Assembly (NCBI GenBank): GCA_004431415.1
Contig: QPMI01000429.1
Location: forward strand, 138,054 to 202,053
From: Cyanophora paradoxa CCMP329
Lineage: Eukaryota; Plantae; Glaucophyta
Direction: 5' to 3'
Length of the DNA: 64,000 bases
Positions 58,317-64,000 of this stretch are shown here, piece after piece (position 1 is the stretch's first letter; every line of letters begins with the position of its first letter). A model generated the notes under the pieces. That model was not told where the DNA came from. It saw only the letters and a list, made by a program, of their open reading frames with translations, and ran no database searches. The translations under genes were made by a program, and so were the position numbers.

Positions 58317-59197
58317 ACCGGTACCCGGCCGGCCCGCGTGACGCGCGAAGCCAATCGCGATCGTGATTTTCTTCGATTAATTCAACGTTAACGTACACTG
58401 CGTGCAGCCGCTGAGCGCTAGCCAATCGTGATTTTCCTTCGAAATAATGGTTCGTCCTCGCGAGATCGAGTTCCTAATGGTTTTTCTAATAATTAATATT
58501 AATAATTGTTTTATAAAGCAGCGGCCGCGCGTCCGACGGACCGGCGACGGTCCGACGCCGGACCGACGTCGACGGTCCCGACTCCCGGGTCCGGTCTTCC
58601 GAAGTTCCCGGTTCAAGGTGGTTCCCCCCGCCGCCGGGCCGCCGGGCCCCGGGCCCCGGCCCCGAATCCGCTCGAGGCTCGAGCTCCGAGCCTCGGCCCG
58701 AGTCGGAGGGCCGGCTCCGCGCCGCGGCCGCGGCGGCCGCGGCGACTCGCGATCGCCGGCGAGTGCCGATCGCGACTCAATTCGCGATCGCGCGAGCTCG
58801 AGGGCCGAGCGCGCGCGAGGGCCGAGGCCCGAGGGCCGAGGCTCGTCCGACTCGGACGTCCGGTCGATCGACTTCCCGGCCCGTCGGGAGTCCCGGCCCC
58901 GGGGACTCGGCGGGGAGTCCCGCGGCCGGGCCGACCGTCGGACTCCGGACCGGGGACGTCGAGCCTCGGAGGGAGCGGCCCGGGCCCCGGAGTCGAGGGC
59001 CTCGAGGCCGACTCGGCGAGTCGACGCCGCCGACTCGACGGTCGAGGGAGAACCGCGGACTCGGGAGGTCCGACGGTCGCGCGGCGGCCCATATGCATGT
59101 GGCGGACTCGCGGTCGCATGATGCATATGCCGCGGTGCGCGTGGCCATGGCCATCATGGCCATGGACTCGCCGACGACGGTGGCCTTCGCGATCGGA

Positions 59198-60800
59198 CGA
59201 GCATGCGGCCGACGGCCCGACGCCCGCGCCGTCAGCACACCTGCGCCCCGGACCCGCGCGCGGCGCGCGGGCGGTGCGTCGGCCTTGCTCTCAGCGGCCT
59301 GCCGCGCGGACCTGGGTGCCGGCGAGGAGGAGGGGGGCTGCGGGGCCCTTCTTGACGGCGTCGCTCTCGCCCGTGAGCCCGCTCTCGTCCGCCTCCAGCC
59401 CGAAGCCCGCCACCAGCACCCCGTCCGCAGGCACCTGCCCCCAGAGTCAGGGGGAGAGGGGGGGAGTGGGGGGGGGGTACGGGGGCGGGCCTGGTCGCCG
59501 GCCTCGAGGAGGACGAGGTCGCCCACCACCAGCTCCGACGCCTGCACCTGTACCCCGGCGTCGGGGGAGGGGGGCGGGGCGGCAAGGCGGGGCGGGGGGT
59601 ACGGCGTGCCTCGCGGGGGGCGCCGCCGCGGACGACGCGGGCGCGGCGGTCGTTCTTCACGCGGTTCAGCGCCCGGAACTGCGCCTCCTTCCTGCGGCCG
59701 GCGCGGCTCAGCGGCTCAGAGGGGCCGTGGGGGCGCCGGGGCCGGGCCGGTGCCGGCGGGCGCGCGTGTAGTTGTTGGCGGCGGTGACGGCCGAGACGAG
59801 GGCCACGGCGCCCAGGATCGAGACCCCGTCCACCCAGGGGGGCACCCCCTCGTGCGGCACCACGACCATCGCCGCCCCCGGCGCCTCCCGCGGGCCCCGC
59901 GCGGCCTCTGCCTGCACCTCCTCCACCCCGGCGGCGCGCCCGGCGCCGGCGGCGGGGCCTGCGGGCGTTCGGCGGCGGGCGGCGGCAGGGCGGGGCGGGC
60001 GGAGGGAAAGCCGGCGGCGCACGGGGCCCTGTGTGGCGAGGGAGACGGCGATAGAGACGCCGGCGGCGGCGACGAGGATGCGCAGCGTGCCGTCCTGCAG
60101 CGCCTCCCACAGCAGCGACCCGAACGACCGGCCCGCCGCCTCCGGCACCGCGTTCGCCCCGCCCCTGCCCCCGCGTCGGCCGCCCGACGGCCCGCGGCGG
60201 CAGAGAGTGCGTTCGGAGAGCTTCTGCGCACCGCGCGCGGCGCTCGGCGATGGCGGCGGGGTCGTCGGGGAGGCCGTCCACCGCGTCGCTCCCGAGCCGC
60301 CGCGCCAGCTCTCTCCGGCGGCTCCGGCGCAGCCTGCGGGGCGCCCGCCGGCGCCGACGGGGCCGGCCGCGGACCGCCGGCCGCTCGGGCGCCGCATCCG
60401 CGACGGCCTGCGCATACGATTCGAACGCGGCCGGTTCGGAGGCGCGTCGGCGATCGGGCCGCGGGGCGCGCGCGGCCGTGCAGCAGCACTCACGTGCTCC
60501 GAGGACACCACAAAGCGCATCGGGAACCTTCGTCTGCTGTCCTCGCTCGCGTGCAGGCGTTGCGCGCCGGCGCCGAGGCCGAAGGAGGAACCGAGCTGGA
60601 ACTGCCACCTAGGCAGGACGCGGGCGTACGTGCACTTTGCTCTCGCCTGGCGCACTGCGAACGGGGCCGGGGGGGTCAGGGACGTGCCTCCCAGCGGAGA
60701 TGACGCGCGTGCGGGCTGAGGGGAGACGGGTTACAGGGGGCGCACCGAGCTTGCGCTGCTGCAATGCGCTCCCCCTGATCGCTCTGCGGCGGCCGAGGGG
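59198..60800 (-). pseudogene. Truncated 5' fragment of the Ca2+-ATPase
   Basis: Retains [26 protein letters not shown] and LTGES exons but similarity ends near 59200, before PEGL and DKTGT. Confidence 0.8.
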
Positions 60801-62720
60801 GCCGCCAGCGCTAGCGGAGCCAGGAACATCGGAATGACGAGTACCCCCGTCAAAGTACGACCCCCCATCTCGAACTGGTTGTGCGTGAATGTTGATGGCG
60901 CAAAGCGGTGCTTCCGAGCGCGTATCGCGTTCTTGCGGTAGCGCGCACTTTCGCTGCTCCGCCCAGCGCAGACGCCCAGACCCGCCCCAGCTCAACAGGC
61001 GCCGCCGCTGCAGCGGTCCCTGCGGGCCCGCTGTGCGTCACCGGCAGCAGCGATGCGGCGATCGACGCCACCTGGCCTGCCGGGCCCGCGCTCCGACAAC
61101 GTGCGCGTCGACGAGTACTAGTTCGAGGAGCTGGAACCGGACTTTGACAGCGCTTACGACGTCCTCCACCGCTCTCGCGACGGCGTGCCCGAGCGCTATG
61201 AGGCGGAGGAGGTCAAGTCTCCTGCGGCTGCGTGGAACAGATGGCACGCGGACCGGGCCCGCGGCCCCCGCATGCCCGCTCAGGTGCGGCGGCTCGCTCG
61301 CCTGCGCATCGTCCTCACAACATTAAGCGGGCTCTTGCGTCGCGCTAATTGAGCTCTGCGTGGCCCACAGCAGCGGCAGCAGCAGACAATTCGCGTGACG
61401 GTCTCGCCGCCGATGGCCGCCCCGCCACCGCTCGGCTCCGCGGTCATGGTGCGCACGCGCGCTTCGACAGCTTCGACGACTCACTCTTCTCCTCCGCTCG
61501 GCGCCGCGGCCTCGCCGCTGCCGCTGCCGCCAACCAGAGGCGGTTCGCTGACCGCTCGGGCCGGGGCGGCAGGTGCGGGTCGTGCGGGTCGCGGAGCACG
61601 CGGCGGCCGCGCGGGTCGCGGAGCACGCGGCGGCCGCGCGGAGCGGCCTGCGCCCGTCGTACGCCAGTGTGCCCGCCTTCCCCTCGGAGGCCCTCCCCGC
61701 GTTCCTCGCCCGGTCCGCCCCGCGCCCGCCGACCCCCCGCCGCCGGCCGTCGCTGACGGGCGCGACCGCGAGCGCGCAGGGTGGCCGAGCGGTTCGGGGT
61801 GCGGCCGGCGCCCCCGGCGCTGGGTCGGCTCTTCGTGGAGGCCGCCGGGGGCGCGGCGGAGATCGCCGAGACCGCCGCCCCGGGCGCCGTGCGCGCCGCC
61901 GCCCCGGGCGCCGCCTGCCCCCGGCCCCGAGCCCCGCGTGACCGCCCGGGCCCCCGCGCAGGTCGGATCCGACCCGGTCATCTACGCGGCCCCGGGGGAC
62001 CCGCTGCCGGCCCCGCCGGCCAGCCCCGCCGCGCCCGCCTCCGCCCTCGGGCCCCGCCCCGCGGCCGCGCCCCAGCGGGCCGGGCTCCGGCTCCGGCAGC
62101 TCGGGCTCGTCGGCCCTGAGCGGGTCGGCGTCAACGGCCTCGGGCCCGGGCGCCCCCTCCGGCGCCTCCGCATCGAGCCTCGAGGGGGACACCCGTGCGC
62201 CCGTCTCTGACGGCCGCCCCGCCGCCGCCCCGCGCCCCGCCGACGCCCGGCCCGCAGACCACAGCCGGGAGATGTCGGGCCGGCTGCTGTCGGGGCCGGC
62301 GCCGCTGCTGAGCCCCGCCGTGCTCCCCGCGCCCACCGCGCGCCGCGTCCGCCTCTCGCCGCCGGCCGCCTCCGCGCCCGGCGCGCTGCCGCCCTCCTCC
62401 GCGCGCCTGACGTACGCGCTGCCCTCGTCGCACGTGCTCCCGCCGCCCCTGCTGCTGCCCGCCGCGCCCGAGGCCGCCGCCGGCGACGCGCTGGCGCTCG
62501 CCTCGCCGGCGCCGTCGGCGCTCTCGGCGGGGTCGTACCCGGCGACGCCGGGGAGCGCGCTGAGCCGGCGGACAGTCCACGAGGAGGCCGCCTTCCTCCA
62601 CCGCCTCTACGGCGGCCGGCCCCGCGACGTCCGCCCGCCCGCCCCTCTTCTCGCGCGCCTCTGTCTGACGCCCGCCGGCCCCCGCGCAGCTACGGAGCGG
62701 CGGGTCGCCGCCGGGGAGCC
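59198..62720. repeat. Segmental direct duplication, copy 2
   Basis: Homologous and colinear with 48660-52145. Confidence 0.92.
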
Positions 62721-63260
62721 CGGGGGCGGCGGGGCGTGGGCGGCGAGCCTGGACGGCTCGGCGTACGGCTCGCTGCCCTCGCTGCGCGGCCTCAAGTCCC
62801 GCCACCGCGCCTCCGAGATGGCCTCCTCCGACGTCTACTGGGTTCCCCCCCCCTCCCCTCCGCCTTCCTCCCCGCCTCCGCCGCCGCCGCTCACGCCGCC
62901 CCCGCGCCCCCGTGCCGCAGAACGAGAGCAGCAACATGCGGAGCCGGCTGCGGCCCTACGTCTGGTTCCGCATCGCCTGTGCGCGCCTCCCGCGGCAGCC
63001 TCGCGCGCCGGGGTCCGAGCGGGGGCGCGCAGGCGTGCTGCAGGCGGCGGCGGGCGTGTACTACTTCTACTGGCGCTTCAGCGCGACGGTGCCGGGGCGC
63101 GGCCTCGCCACGACGACCTCGTCGAACCTGGCCGTGTGGACCCTGTTCATGGCTTTCGACCTGTGGACCTTCCTTACCTGCAACCTTTTCCTCCTCAACT
63201 CTGGAAGCGCAACGAGCGCGACACGCGGCCCTCGACGACTGTGCATGCAAGCCGGTGCCC
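61412..63260 (+). CDS. Multi-exon membrane protein gene; last visible exon resembles the N-terminal TM helices of GT2/cellulose-synthase-like enzymes
   Basis: Low-complexity 5' exons shared with the truncated copy at 50869-52145, then VYYFYWRFSATV...AVWTLFMAFDLWTFL, similar to the BcsA Y..WR...T motif. No catalytic domain is visible in the window. Confidence 0.35.
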
Positions 63261-64000
63261 CCGCCCCTCCCCTCCTCCCCTCCCGCTCGTCTGACCCTGC
63301 CCCGCCCGCCAGCCTTCCCCCGGGAGTAACTCGGTACCTTAGCTGCCTCTACCCCGCTTTTGTACTTTCGAGGTCCTTCGAGTTTTTTCATGGTACTTGA
63401 GGAGGTTTACGGGTGGAAATTTCTGCCGGTTCCTAATTATAAATCGCTGTGGGCTGGGGAGTCAGTGGGGACGGGCGCGTTCCGGTACGCTTCGAGGGTA
63501 CGGTACGTATTACGCTACGGTCCCCCTGGGCGATCGGCCAAGCTCGAGGCTCGCGTGCCGAGTCAGCAAGCTCGTATACGTACGTGGGTCGGGGGAGAGC
63601 TCGGCAAGGAGGAGCTCGAGCTCAGCGCGGCCGCCGGCTGATCATGACCGGCCGGGGCCCTGCAAACCCCGGACCCTAGGCCTGAGCCAGTTGGCGAGCT
63701 AGCGTGCGAGATTCGCGTGCGATGATCAGCGACTCGCTTGTGAGTCCGCAGGCAGAGGGGGAGGGGGGGGGGGAGGGGGGGGGGAGGGGAGGGGGAGGAG
63801 CATGGCAGAGGAGCTCAGAGCCGCCGCCGGGCACTGGAGCTCGAGCTCGAGGCAAGCCTCGGCAGCGCACGGATTCGGCGAAGCTTAAGCTCGAGGTTGA
63901 CCCGCGAGAGGGTGCCACGAGAGAGTGAAGCGGGCCCGGGATCCGGAGGAAGAGGGAGGATCCGGAGGAAGTTCTACATCGACAGCCAGTGCAGTGCTAT

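Noticed and set aside
1-64000. Naming the host species (intron style recalls a GC-rich alga such as a glaucophyte); tRNA or rRNA genes
   Set aside because: No marker gene supports a taxonomic call, and I recognised no structured RNA gene by eye.

Overview
GC-rich, intron-dense eukaryotic (protist/algal-like) DNA carrying a complete endogenous Polinton-like virus (PLV) of about 24.2 kb at 21212-45423. The element is clearly lower in GC than its flanks and intronless. It has ~860-bp terminal inverted repeats and a 6-bp target-site duplication (CGGATC), and it inserted a few bases downstream of the probable stop codon of a host P2B Ca2+-ATPase. Core genes are an rve integrase, a PolB-like/SF1-helicase/HNH-like fusion, an A32-type packaging ATPase, a putative double-jelly-roll major capsid protein and two head-to-head minor capsid paralogues. 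Accessory cargo is unusual: a prokaryote-type S-adenosylmethionine decarboxylase near a Dam-like adenine methyltransferase, a patatin phospholipase fused to a discoidin domain, and a fibre cluster resembling phage tail fibres (one member membrane-anchored, one with a C1q head plus a small partner gene). Host flanks hold a WrbA-like 3' end, an F-box/LRR gene, an ABHD/YheT hydrolase, a RING protein, a non-autonomous CACTA element, a dense MITE cluster, a secreted (SP)n/IPT protein and a ~3.5-kb diverged direct duplication. GC-AG introns are frequent. All family calls come from motif recognition by eye; no database searches were run, and host exon boundaries are approximate.
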